From positions 9,362,001-9,426,000 of the forward strand of contig CM035350.1 of assembly GCA_020137815.1 (NCBI GenBank): DNA of 64,000 nt, written 5' to 3'. Each line of letters opens with the position of its first letter. Position 1 is the first letter of the stretch. A program made the translations under genes and the position numbers. Under the pieces are notes generated by a model. That model had not been told where the DNA came from and searched no databases. It was given only the letters and a program-made list of their open reading frames with translations. Below are positions 1 to 15,908 of the stretch, piece after piece. Source of the stretch: Hormiphora californensis (lineage: Eukaryota > Animalia > Ctenophora).

Positions 1-543
1 GTTGTTATTTGTTAAGGCTCATATTGTAGTCATGCAGGGGGAGAGAGAGAGAGAGAAAAACGCAGGTCAGGGGGAAGAAGTTTCTGGTCAGCTTAGCCGA
101 TGAAAGAAATGAAGGCTTGGGAAATTACAGATCTCTAGACAGGTTCTCTAAACAGAATCTCTTCTAAGGCTGTAACACGTGTAACGATCCAGTATGGCAC
201 GTACCTTGATCAGTACAACTACTACACATGTATGACAGCACTGAGTGTGTGTTTTTCAAACAGAACGTACAACAAGTGTAAAGGTGTTGTTTGGCACAAT
301 AAACTGCATCAGACAACATTTACAGCAGGCAACGGGCCGGGGGTAAATTAGAAAACAACACTGTTTGTTTGACATTACATATAGCGCTGAGTACTTTGAA
401 TATAGTTTTAGACGGGGGCGTTTACAGGAGACGTGTGCTGCTTGTTAAGTGTGCGTCAGATACTATCAAACACAGAGTGTTGCTCAGATCTCATTCAGAG
501 TGTTGTCATAGGATATAATATAAACTATCTTTCTCTCTCTCTC

Positions 544-607
<64 letters not shown>

Positions 608-811
608 CTCTCTCTCTCTCTCATTCTATATTTTCTCTATCAATTCATCTGATCAGCTGGGTGATTGAGATCACTAATTCACCAAGAGAGCGTGGTATTG
701 CTAGTACAAAACAACAGACAGCTTAGTTACACAGGAAATCAGAAAATCATGTCCGGCACGTGCCTGTAATCATCTCTCTCTATATCACACACACACTCTC
801 TCTTTCTCTCT

Positions 812-842
<31 letters not shown>

Positions 843-1076
843 TTATCTCTCTCCCCAATGTTGGTTTTCTCTCCCATCCTCTGATTCTCTATCTTTTCTC
901 TATTTCTTTCACATTTCTGTTTCTCTAGGTAGGAGAGAGAATCAGATTTTTATTTTCCCTCCTCTTTATAAACCCGGCCCAATCTCTCCCATCTCTCTCT
1001 CACACACACTCTCTCTCGCTCACTCACTCCATCTCTCTCAATATTATTCCATTGGCCAGGTAAAGATTAAACCAAA

Positions 1077-3599
<2,523 letters not shown>

Positions 3600-3862
3600 C
3601 GCTATATTCAATAAGACAGATATGTTAAATGTGGTTTACATTGCTTGACATGCTAAAGTGCGATTTTTTCCCTGCCCGGGTGAACGCTGAGTGCATTCAC
3701 TCGAACTCAATCTTTTTAGCACGTGTGCTTAAAAGATTATACAGGGTTTAGAAATCTCGGATATGAAATAGCAACTCAAGCGTGGTCAAAATCGCGTAAC
3801 GTCACGTCACCGCATAGTAACTGCTTCATCAAACCAATTAACTGGTTTGGTGAAATATGATG

Positions 3863-4140
3863 TAAAGTCGGATTTTTTGAAGTTATCACCCCCCTTTTCA
3901 TGTGTGGCGTCGTATTTGCGTGTGACAGCCTCCATTTCCTCACTTCCTCTCATTTTTCGGCAAAAAGCCGCATATCATCGGAAAAAGCATAGTTTTGTGA
4001 GTCTGTAAAGTTTGTGTTTGACGAAATTGGTCAAGAAACAAAGGCGTGAGAGCCAAAATAAGTTTTTGGGACTTTCCGGCGTGCAAATAAAACATCGTGT
4101 GCCACCCAGGGGGGTGACAACTTCAAAAAATCCTACTTTA
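3863..4140. mobile_element. MITE-like element with ~32 bp terminal inverted repeats
   Basis: taaagtcggattttttgaagttatcacccccc ... gggggggtgacaacttcaaaaaatcctacttta. Related sequence occurs at 4975-5196 and about 8100-8190. Confidence 0.75.
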
Positions 4141-4312
4141 GCCATTTATAACCGAAATTGCGTGCCACCGTGAACGGCTTTTTAGGAACTTACTCCATGA
4201 ACTTAATCAATAAAAACGTCTAGCGCCATCCTGCTATGTAACCCTTCAATACACAGTAAGAGCATTATGAAAGGTGCTTGTGAGATCACATAATAACGAG
4301 GCTAAATATAAG

Positions 4313-4390
4313 TCCATACACGTGCTGCTAAATATGGGAGACAAGGCAGGATTTAGTTGATATAGAACTGGGTCAAAAACAAGGGTAAGG
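4313..4390 (-). pseudogene. Remnant of a sixth ZNF paralog (upstream region, acceptor-like site and ATG only)
   Basis: Near-identical to 7313-7390 (tgctaaatatgggagacaaggcaggatttagttga.atagaactgggtcaaaaacaagggta), the start region of the first ZNF gene, but no coding sequence follows. Confidence 0.7.
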
Positions 4391-4767
4391 AAAGAGCATA
4401 ATTTATTTAGACAATAGGTAGGGTAAGGTTAATTACTGGGTAACTTTTCAATGCAAGGGGTATAGATAGGATTGGACACACATTTAGACAATCAAATAAA
4501 AACAATTTTATAATATTTGTTGCTGGGGTAGTCAGTAGGGCTTGAGAGGATAGGGGAGAGGGGTAGAGAGTCAATAGGTGGTGAGGTGATTCAATAGAGG
4601 GTGAACTGCGTAATGGAAAACGATCTCTATAGCAGGTTTGACCTCTCATTGGCAAAGATGGATCTGGAGAACTTACAAGAATCATCAAGACGTAATATTT
4701 GAGTAGGTACATTTCGATTAGAACAAGCGTTAAGCTTAGTGAGCACATTGCTAAGTTGTGTTGGGGG

Positions 4768-5228
4768 AGGAGGGGGGTGCAGCCCCAAAAAATTAAACTT
4801 TTTCCGGAACCAAGGGTATGGCTGAATTTTTTTGTAAGTTTTTGATTTTTTTGACGCATGTATTTGATTTTCGCAATTTCAAAAAATGTTAAAAAATTAA
4901 AGAAGTTCTTGATCAGATCTTGATTGTTTTAAAAAAACGTCAAAAAACTTACCTTTTTAGGAATTCAGGGTATACTCGGATTTTTTGAAACTGTCACCCC
5001 CCTAAAATAACAAAATTTGTCATATGTCCGGTTCCTGATAAGATAGAGACTTGAAATTTAGAGGTTCGGAAGAACTTAGCAAGATCTTCGTAACTTCCAA
5101 ATTTCAAGTCTCTATCTCATCAGGAACCGGACTTATGGTCATTTAAAGAAATTTGAAAACTCTAGGGGGGTGACAGTTTCAAAAAATCCGACTTTATGGT
5201 TGACATTTTTTTGGCTGCACCCCCCTCC
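4768..5228. mobile_element. Composite foldback/MITE with nested inverted repeats
   Basis: Outer TIR ggaggggggtgcagcc / ggctgcacccccctcc. Inner TIR tcggattttttgaaactgtcacccccct / agggggtgacagtttcaaaaaatccga. Innermost IR gtccggttcctgat.agatagagacttgaaattt and its reverse complement. Confidence 0.75.
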
Positions 5229-5266
5229 ATTAATTACACCCCCTCCATTATATTACTCTTAGCCTC

Positions 5267-7318
<2,052 letters not shown>

Positions 7319-7632
7319 ATACGTAATGCTAAATATGGGAGACAAGGCAGGATTTAGTTGAAATAGAACTGGGTCAAAAACAAGGGTAAAGAAAAAGGTA
7401 GGGCAGGGTCAGCAGGGCAAGGGTGTGCCGACCCTCTTCTTAATTGCATTGAAAAGGTCTTAAAATTATCTTTCCAACGCTTTCGGGATCAAGTCTTAAG
7501 ATTGTCAGGAACTGCCCAAATCAAATTAACTGTGTGCCACCGGGTCGCATTATTAAAAATCGCACATAACACTATGAAGTCCATTTAATTAATAACTGTT
7601 CACTCCCTGATGTTTCTTTCATATTGGTAATA

Positions 7633-7780
7633 CAGTCGGACCCCGATTTAGTGACATCCTCGGGGGAAAAAACTAAATCGGGGTGTCCACTAAATCGGGG
7701 TCAAATACTGTTAATTTCCTATATCGGGGGACGATTATCCTGCCACTAAATCGGGGTGCCACTAAATTGGGGTCCGACTG
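7633..7780. mobile_element. Tc1/mariner/pogo-type MITE
   Basis: TIR cagtcggaccccgatttagtg / cactaaattggggtccgactg, TA at the left end, internal repeats of actaaatcgggg. Confidence 0.8.
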
Positions 7781-8433
7781 GTCTCCAGTTCCTGATAGAG
7801 ACTTCAGTTTGTATCTAACGCTGTATCTAACGCTGTATCTTATCACGAAGTGGAGATATCACTTGAATCATAAAAAAGGGTGAAAAAGAGAGAAAGTGTT
7901 TGTTGCCTAAACAGTTTTGTTTATCTCTGTTAAAAACATAACAATAACAGAGCTGTTTCTGCAACTAACAGACCTCGTTGGGATGGGTGATATCTCCATC
8001 CACTATACATGGGAACAAATGTAGAATAAGATGAGTATTATATTCGGTATACAGCTCACAAAATCATGCTCTTTCCGGTGAAATGCGAGTTTTTTGCCGT
8101 GGGGTTGCCACACGCAAATTAGACGCCACACGAAAATAGGGGGTGAACAGTTGAAAAATGGACTCTACGCCGTATATAACTGAAACCAGGTAATCACCCT
8201 TTTATAAAACACTTGTATAAAATATTGATATTGCACACTCTGGTACTGACATTGTTTTCCCCATCAGTGTGACATCATGTGGTTACTAAGGTGCCCCGAT
8301 CGGCGATCGAACAAATGTTTTTCCACATTGCTCACACTCATATGGTCGTTCTCCGTTGTGAATTCTCTGATGTTCAGTAAGGTAATCCAGATTGAGTAAA
8401 TGATTTTCAATATTCCTTACATTTGAAAGGCCG

Positions 8434-9647
8434 TTATCCAGTATGGATCTTCTGATGATTGTTGAGGTGACTAGCTCTGGTAAACGATTTTTCGCATTGT
8501 TCACATTCGTATCGACGTTCTCCGGTATGGATCCTCTGATGAACTGTAAGGGCACTGGATTGAGTAAATGCTCTTCCACATACGTTACATTTGAAAGGCC
8601 GCTCTCCAGTATGGATCCTCTGGTGATTGGTGAGGTGACTAGATGTGGTAAACGATTTTTCGCATTGTTCACATTCGTATCGACGTTCTCCGGTATGGAT
8701 CCTCTGGTGAACTGCAAGTGCACCAGATTGAGTAAATGCTCTTCCACATACGTTACATTTGAAAGGCCGCTCTCCAGTATGGATCCTCTGGTGATTGGTG
8801 AGGTGACTAGCTCTGGTAAACGATTTTTCGCATTGTTCACATTCGTATCGACGTTCTCCGGTATGGATCCTCTGGTGAACTACAAGGACACTAGATTGAG
8901 TAAATGTTTTTCCACATTCCTCACATTTGAAAGGCCTTTCCCCTGTATGGGTCCTCTGATGAACTATAAGTTTACTAGCTCTGGTAAATGCTTTTCCACA
9001 TTCCTTACATTTGAAAGGCCGTTCTCCGGTATGGATCACATAGTGGCGCCTGAGATTTCCAGATGTTGATAACTTTTTACCACATTCCTCACATTTGAAA
9101 GCACCTTCTCCAGAAGTCCTTATTGTAGATTTCCTTTTTTCTGAAACTTCTACGTTCGGTAGTGCAGTTAATCCGTTTTGGGATGCATTGGATGTATCAA
9201 AAGGATTGTTTTCCGGGGTGTGCAGATTCGTTAACAACCCAGCTGAAATGATAAAGGTTACAATTTGAAGAAATTATCAAAACAATACGATACCAGACAA
9301 AAAATGTTCCTGAATAACTCACCCTCTTGTGGTATTGTAGACAAGGGTGGAGGTGAGATATCGGAATTATCGCATACCGGAGAAACTGGTTCCATTTTCA
9401 CTAGGCCAGGCTCTTTTTTACAATCTACCTCTCCCTTTTCCTGTTTACATTTGATGCATCCTGGGAACACTTTACAATCTTCTGGTTCAGTTTTTATCTG
9501 AGGAGGATCAACCGTAATTTGCTCTGTTTTCAGGAACAGTCGTGGAGTAAACAATCCCACTTCCTGATAGTCACACAGTACCGGCTCCTGGACTTCACCA
9601 ATCATCCTGGTTTTAGATTTTCTGTCAGGCTGCTTTCTTAGTTTCAT
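8434..9647 (-). CDS. C2H2 zinc-finger protein ZNF-2 (8 intact fingers, then decayed fingers to about 8290)
   Basis: Exons 9323-9647 and 8434-9242. Internal 168-bp two-finger tandem repeats. A TGE linker codon has become TAA, and the fingers after it have C->Y and a second stop. Confidence 0.9.
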
Positions 9648-9786
9648 TCTGCTAAATAGGGAGACGGAGTTGTTTTAGTAGAAATGGAGAGAATATAGTG
9701 CGAATTAAAGGGTGAGGTAGGCGGTAGGAAGAGAAATTCAGAGAGCAGATGGGTTGTGACACTCAAAACATTATCCACGGTATTGT

Positions 9787-10423
9787 GAAGTGGCGGTTCA
9801 CTGAACCGTTCAGGGCCCATGTCGTATTTCGGAGCATAGCATCCTAGTGTCTGACTGTAGTCTAGAAACCTGAAGCTGAAGCTGATCGGAGTTTTTCCGA
9901 ATCAGCTTTTCGAGACGAAGGCAATGCAAACGGATTTAGCTTTCTATCTCATCGGGATGTTTGGGCCCCTTCATTTTTTCGTGTTTGAGCCAATCAGAGG
10001 CCATTATTTCGAAATCCAGGCTTCTAGGTTTCCAGACCACAAATAGACCACAGTCAGACACTATCTTGCATATTTAGAACGTCCTACGCACCAGTTACAG
10101 ATTGATACCCTGATATCAGGGGACGTTCCCTGATGGTCAGGCATGCAGGAGGGTCTGTGGGAACCATGCTGCATTGCTGCACGTCAAGTAAATTGAATAG
10201 AAAGTAAAGCTGAAAACGCATGTCAGCAGTCAGCACTCACTTTATTCCCAGCCATGCATCCATTGATGCCTGGGAACGAATCTGTAACTGGTCCCAATGG
10301 GGTTGCTCGGCCCACAATTAACCCTGCCGCACACAATTGCAGGCTTAAATCATGAGAAACTTGCTTTTCCTGCTAGCTGAGTCCCTAAAACCACCAGTAA
10401 CACGCAAAGTGGACCGCCACTTC
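9787..10423. mobile_element. Nested MITE cluster
   Basis: Outer TIR gaagtggcggttcac / gtggaccgccacttc. Inner TIR pairs tagtgtctgactgt / acagtcagacacta (9845-10063) and accagttacagatt / aatctgtaactggt (10090-10292). Confidence 0.7.
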
Positions 10424-10564
10424 TAAAGGAGACCGAGTATAGTCAGGAGTCGCTAGATTTAAAAGTTTAAAGTCATCAATAAAGTTCTTTTGTTCACACA
10501 TTATTATTGTCGGATACATTTGGTGTAGTTACACAAAAACAGCTTCACAGATTTCACGCTTCAT

Positions 10565-12175
10565 TTACTTTACTTTGTCGACACGGCACAGTCCTTTAAA
10601 ATTTGCTACAACATACAAATCCAAACTATTTTCCTCAAGAAATACCTCAATCTTGTACAAGGGATCTTGGATCCTCGGAGAAATGTAGTTGATAAAGCCA
10701 TTTCCATCCACAATCACCAAGGCAACGCTGCAGATATTCTCTATCTCCTTCACACTGGCGTCCTCTTTGAGACCCGTCTTGGTAAGGAACGTTTTGTAAG
10801 TCAATTTACCGGCTCCGTTCACTCGGTCTGTCCTCTGCAGATTGGAGATCTTGTTGTGTTGAGCTTTTCTCGACAATGTGACGTCACTAAGAATCTGTCG
10901 TCGTTTCTCCAAAACAGAGAGTCCTCGTAGAACACTTGCAGTCTTAAAGATTGATGTCATGCTCTTCTTCTCCATACTAGTAAAAATTGATATCTTCTCA
11001 GCATCGGGTTCCTCCGGGCGAAATAAATCACCACCGTAAAAATCCAAGAACTCTCGGCACAGAACTCCACAGAGAGGTAACAGCACTTTTCTCTTTACGC
11101 TTGATTGGATCTGGATCCGTTGGGAAACATGTTTTCCAGAGAGTTGATCTATAAATTTGGTCATTTGAGTATATCGGTCAGGCGAATCATTAGATGGTCC
11201 CTGTCCTCGAAACACTATATTGGAAGTACTAGCTGTGGTAAATGATTTTCCGCACTGTTCAAATTCGTATGAACGTTCTCCGGTGTGTATCCTCTGATGA
11301 ACTGCAAGGGCACCAGATTGAGTAAATGCTTTTCCACATTCCTTACATTTGAAAGGCCGTTCTCCAGTATGGATCCTCTGATGATTGTTGAGGTGACTAG
11401 CTCTGATAAACGATTTTCCGCACTGCTTACATTGGTATGGTCGTTCTCCTGTATGTGTTCTTTTGTGTATTTTAAGATAACATAACTCAGTAAACCCTTT
11501 ACCACAATCCTTACATTCATGAGGCCGATCTCCCGTATGTATCACACAGTGGCGCCTGAGACTTCTAGATGTTGATAACTTTTTACCGCATTCCTCACAT
11601 TCGAAAGTACCTTCACCTGAGGTCCAAATTGTAGATTTCCTCTTCTCTGAAACTAGTTCATGTGGCAGTGTAGTTGATCCGTTTTGAGATTCATCTGATG
11701 TATCATTATAAGGATTGTTTTCCGGGGTGTGCAGATTCGTTAACAACCCAGCTGAAATGATAAGGGTTACATTTTGAAGCAAATATCAAAATAATAAGAG
11801 ACCAGAAAAAAACATGTTTCTGGGCCTGAATAACTCACCCTCTTGTGGAATTGTAGACAAGGGTGGAGGTGATGTATGGGAATTATCGGATACCGGAGAA
11901 ATTAATTCCGTTTTCACTAGGCCAGGCTCTTTTTTACAATCTACCTCTCCTTCTTCCTGTTTGACGCATCCTGGATCGGTACCAACTTTTGGGAACACTT
12001 TACAATCTTCTGGTTCAGTTTTTATCTGGGGAGGATCAACCATAATTTGCTCTGTTTTCAGGAACGGTCGTGGAGTAAACGATCCCACTTCCTGATAGTC
12101 ACACAGTACCGGCTCCTGGACTTCACCAACCATCCTGGTTTTAGATTTTCTGTCCGGCTGCTTTCTTAGTTCCAT
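10565..12175 (-). CDS. C2H2 zinc-finger protein ZNF-3 (4 fingers plus a broken fifth) fused in frame to ~220 aa of non-ZNF sequence
   Basis: Exons 11839-12175 and 10565-11751. The finger pattern stops abruptly near 11228 (SFTTAS|TSNIV) but the frame stays open to 10565. Confidence 0.8.
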
Positions 12176-12272
12176 TCTGCTGAATAAAGAGACGGAGTTG
12201 TTAAGACACAGACAGACAGAAAAACAGAAATAGGGAAAAAGGGTTGTTTTAGTAGAAATGGTAACAATAAGA

Positions 12273-12365
<93 letters not shown>

Positions 12366-12496
12366 AATACAAATGGATTGGGATCAGAGAATGAAAGAGG
12401 TTAGGTTAAAAAAGAAAAGAAAAAGAGAACTCAGTGAGCAGATGGAGTTGCGGTTCTAGAAACGGTAAGTGGGGATTTTAGGGGTCCTACTACATA

Positions 12497-12761
12497 CAGG
12501 GTGGGCCAGAAATATGGAGCCACTTGGAGATAAAAATTGGAAAAATATCATCCTCTCTCCGTTGTACGGATCCACATTTCAACGTGTTACCCTGTCAGTT
12601 GACAGGCTGATAATTGTTAGGAAAGGGTGACTCTCTGTCGATCTCAATCCTTAGGGGACACTTTTTCTAGTCAATAGACCGTGAAAATTACACTGCACAT
12701 CGGTGAGCGAACTGCATTGACACATCAGTTATCTAAAAGTGGCTGTTTCTGGCCCACCCTG
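12497..12761. mobile_element. Tc1/mariner-type MITE with TA target-site duplication
   Basis: ta-cagggtgggccagaaa ... tttctggcccaccctg-ta. Confidence 0.85.
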
Positions 12762-13544
12762 TACAATGCATGTAGTTCAGAATGAATTTAATTATTCGGG
12801 GTGAGATAAGTACCGCCTGGGCCAAAAAAGTCATGGTACACCGAGCTTCATATCTCCCAAATCTTAACTTCCATCACTCTGATATTTTGACACAATATTT
12901 GTATGGGTACTCATTCGAGGAATCCAGAGTTTCAGCCCTCACGATTTGACAGGTTTATTACTTTTCATCTTAGGTCAAATTGAGGTGGGTTGGGCTGTGT
13001 TTTGGGGTATGCAGTGTAGTAGGGAAGGGGGGGCTTCAGGCTTGCTATTGCTTCTAAGCAGATAGTTGATTAAAAACACAATTTATAGCTGTAAAAATAA
13101 TTGATAAAATAAAAATGTCCATACACAATTATACAGGCTAACAATACTATTTGCATTATGTTCCCTGCCGTGTGAAATGCCTGGATACCGTTCCTGGATA
13201 TCGTTCCCAGGAACAGTATCTAGGCACGGCTCTTCTTCTTCTTGGAGGCCGTCTCTACTCTCTTAGGAAAGCTATATTTACACTACCATATGCGCCACAC
13301 ATTTCATGAAAACGTGTCAATGGAGTGGTTTATGAAGGAGCGGTTGGCATATGCAAGCCCCTCTCCGAGGGGCCTAGTAGGAAAACCGTACTAGAGGGGA
13401 ATACAGAATCAAGCAAAGCTTGAATAGGCATCCTGGTGAATTCCTTCGGCATTCACCCATGCAGGGAAAAAGAAGAAGACTTATAAAGTAAAATAACAAA
13501 ATTGTTTCCCATTCTAGAATCAGTTAATACCAGTGTCTCCTCTC

Positions 13545-15908
13545 CTATTCAAATTCATTAGATTCACTTTCATCACTTTCCCCAAAATGGCAATTAGGCT
13601 GATCAAAGTATTTACCCTTGTAAGGTCGATCAGTGGGAGTTAGACGAATATTAGGAACTAGCTCACGTTCATCCAAATCAGAACACTGTTGAGTGCAGAA
13701 ATAACTGATAATGTTTACAAGGTAGTTCTCCTTGTCATTCAATGCGTGGACAAGATCAGTAATTGCGGAGATGAGGTCCTGAGATGGCAGGTTTAGGGTT
13801 TCAATAAGAAGGAATCTGTCAGAGATCAACATTAGCCACGTAGGATGTTTGCTCCTAATCGCAAACTCGACCATCCATTCATCGGACATCGTAGCATCTT
13901 TCTTCTCGCTCATCCCCGTTACAAGGTAATTGAACACTCCGTCTACCTGGTACATGGTTGCCCACAGCAACATCCACTCCCAGACTTCTTTCAGAGTCGC
14001 ATGGTCATCAGCACCCTCCCCACCCTCACCCAGAATCAGCTTGAGGGCCTCCAAGACACGCTGAGGGGCTGAGGGAACGGTCATGGTTCGGGTTCGACCT
14101 TCCTCAAAACTTGAAGCAAGCATGCTTTTCAGAATGGGAGATGACAGATCTTTTTCGGTGACCTCCACACCTGGTACCCCTTCCTCCCCGACGATTTTCA
14201 CCATCCCTCCCCCTTGTTCATTCCTGGGAGATTTAACCTCTCTCGGATCCTCAAATTTAGTCTTTACGCCCTGGAGATACCGGACTAGACAGAGGAAAAA
14301 TCGGAGAAGTAGTTCCGGGGGATCAGATTCTCTGACCTCTAACTTTTCACAGACAAGAAGGGGAATCGCCTGCTCAGGGTTCCATCCCGCTACCAGTAGA
14401 ATATCCGAGAGTTCTTCCAGATATTCCTTAGGAGAAGTTTCACGCAGCTTAGTCACCAATGAAGGTTCCCTGCTGCTCCTCGCAAGCGCAAAGTTCCAAA
14501 AAGTCTTGGCATCAGTACGAGATTTCCGTAGTTTGTGAATCTGGCGGAGACCAATACCGCTAAGCAGGTGATGAGTGTTGATGTACCAATGTAAAGATTG
14601 GCATGGGTTACATGAATATCGAAACAACATGGTGAACCGTGTACCGTATTTAGCAAACAGGTCCATGACAAGGGTGATGCGATCTTTAGTCAGAGAATCA
14701 CGGAATACTGTGTCCTCAGCCAAGCCTATTACATCGTTTGTAACTGTGGCTGCAACTTCCATAACAGTTTCAGAGGAGGTGTATACACTGGTACAATCCA
14801 AGTCGCGAAGGACTTCTAGAAATGTTATGATGACTTCGTTAAGCCGTCTCTTTTGGGATTCCTCAGACACCCTTAGTTTCCCTCTCTCCAGAAAGATATA
14901 GAGGGCATCACGCGAAGCTTTCAACCAGGTCGTCCTACATTCACGGGGTTCCGATATTAAAGCAGATAGCGCCTGGTAAATCTCTTCAGAGATGGGTAGT
15001 CTCTTCCGATTAATCTTTCGAACTACCTCAATAACATCACTAACATCAAAGACCCGAGTTTTGAGATGGGTGGCGAAGGCTTTGTTCCTACTATCTTGAG
15101 CGGTTCTGTATAAAAACGTTTTGGTTTCACCATGAACATCTTTAAACAGATTAGCTAGGCCACCCGGGTTAAAAACAGATATATGCTCCACCAAATCACC
15201 AATAGTTTTCTTTAAATTTTCAACAAGACCACTTGTCAAGGGCGTATTTAGATGTAAGCTCAAAGATTTAAGAATCATATCAGCAATATCCAACACCATG
15301 CCCTCTTCCAAAGAATGGTGTTTTGCGTTCAACTCTGCAACGGAGTTAACCAGGGTCAAATAATCCTCTATTTCATTCTCACCTGCAAGCGAAAAGCGTT
15401 GGATCATCGTAGCAAGCTCATGAAAGAGCAGTTTATCATTTTTAGTCAGAGTCTTCTTACCCAATGATCGAGTTTCAAGATAAAGAAACACCTTCTGAAC
15501 AGCAAAGAGTGGAATCTTGGCTTGATGACTATATGACGTGTTGTTCAGAAACTTTAGGGATTGGAGGAAGCAGCCGGGTATGAGCATGAAATTGTCGACG
15601 ACGTAAGACCGATGATAGTGTATCCACTCAGTTACATATGTCAGCTGATTCAAAATTTTAAGAAGAATGTTAATAACATCCGGGGGAAGGTTCTTGCGAG
15701 AAATCAGGATGGGAATCGAGTATCTGAAGGTGGATACTTCAAGCTCCTCAACCTTTTTCCAAGCTCTGCAAATTCGAGAAATTCCATTGATAACTTTCTT
15801 TATCGCTTTGTAATCCCAGAAGTCTGGACTCTTTACAAGCAGAGCACGTAGATCCTCACAATAGTCTTCGATGCATCGAGCTCGGCGCTTGGCAGGTTGC
15901 TCAGTCAT
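13545..15908 (-). CDS. Intronless ~787 aa protein with a helical-repeat-like body and C-terminal BTB/POZ-like domain (ARMC5-like architecture)
   Basis: Long uninterrupted ORF. Likely start MTEQPAKRRAR (NLS-like) just after a ctctctttag acceptor. The segment SSPILKSMLASSFEEGRTRTMTVPSAPQRVLEALKLIL...ATMYQVDGV matches the BTB pattern. Confidence 0.75.
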   Translation of the reverse strand: MTEQPAKRRARCIEDYCEDLRALLVKSPDFWDYKAIKKVINGISRICRAWKKVEELEVSTFRYSIPILISRKNLPPDVINILLKILNQLTYVTEWIHYHRSYVVDNFMLIPGCFLQSLKFLNNTSYSHQAKIPLFAVQKVFLYLETRSLGKKTLTKNDKLLFHELATMIQRFSLAGENEIEDYLTLVNSVAELNAKHHSLEEGMVLDIADMILKSLSLHLNTPLTSGLVENLKKTIGDLVEHISVFNPGGLANLFKDVHGETKTFLYRTAQDSRNKAFATHLKTRVFDVSDVIEVVRKINRKRLPISEEIYQALSALISEPRECRTTWLKASRDALYIFLERGKLRVSEESQKRRLNEVIITFLEVLRDLDCTSVYTSSETVMEVAATVTNDVIGLAEDTVFRDSLTKDRITLVMDLFAKYGTRFTMLFRYSCNPCQSLHWYINTHHLLSGIGLRQIHKLRKSRTDAKTFWNFALARSSREPSLVTKLRETSPKEYLEELSDILLVAGWNPEQAIPLLVCEKLEVRESDPPELLLRFFLCLVRYLQGVKTKFEDPREVKSPRNEQGGGMVKIVGEEGVPGVEVTEKDLSSPILKSMLASSFEEGRTRTMTVPSAPQRVLEALKLILGEGGEGADDHATLKEVWEWMLLWATMYQVDGVFNYLVTGMSEKKDATMSDEWMVEFAIRSKHPTWLMLISDRFLLIETLNLPSQDLISAITDLVHALNDKENYLVNIISYFCTQQCSDLDERELVPNIRLTPTDRPYKGKYFDQPNCHFGESDESESNEFE

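Noticed and set aside
200-245. Possible first exon (MCSSCTDQ followed by gtacgt) of another minus-strand gene
   Set aside because: Too short, and no downstream exon can be identified inside the window.
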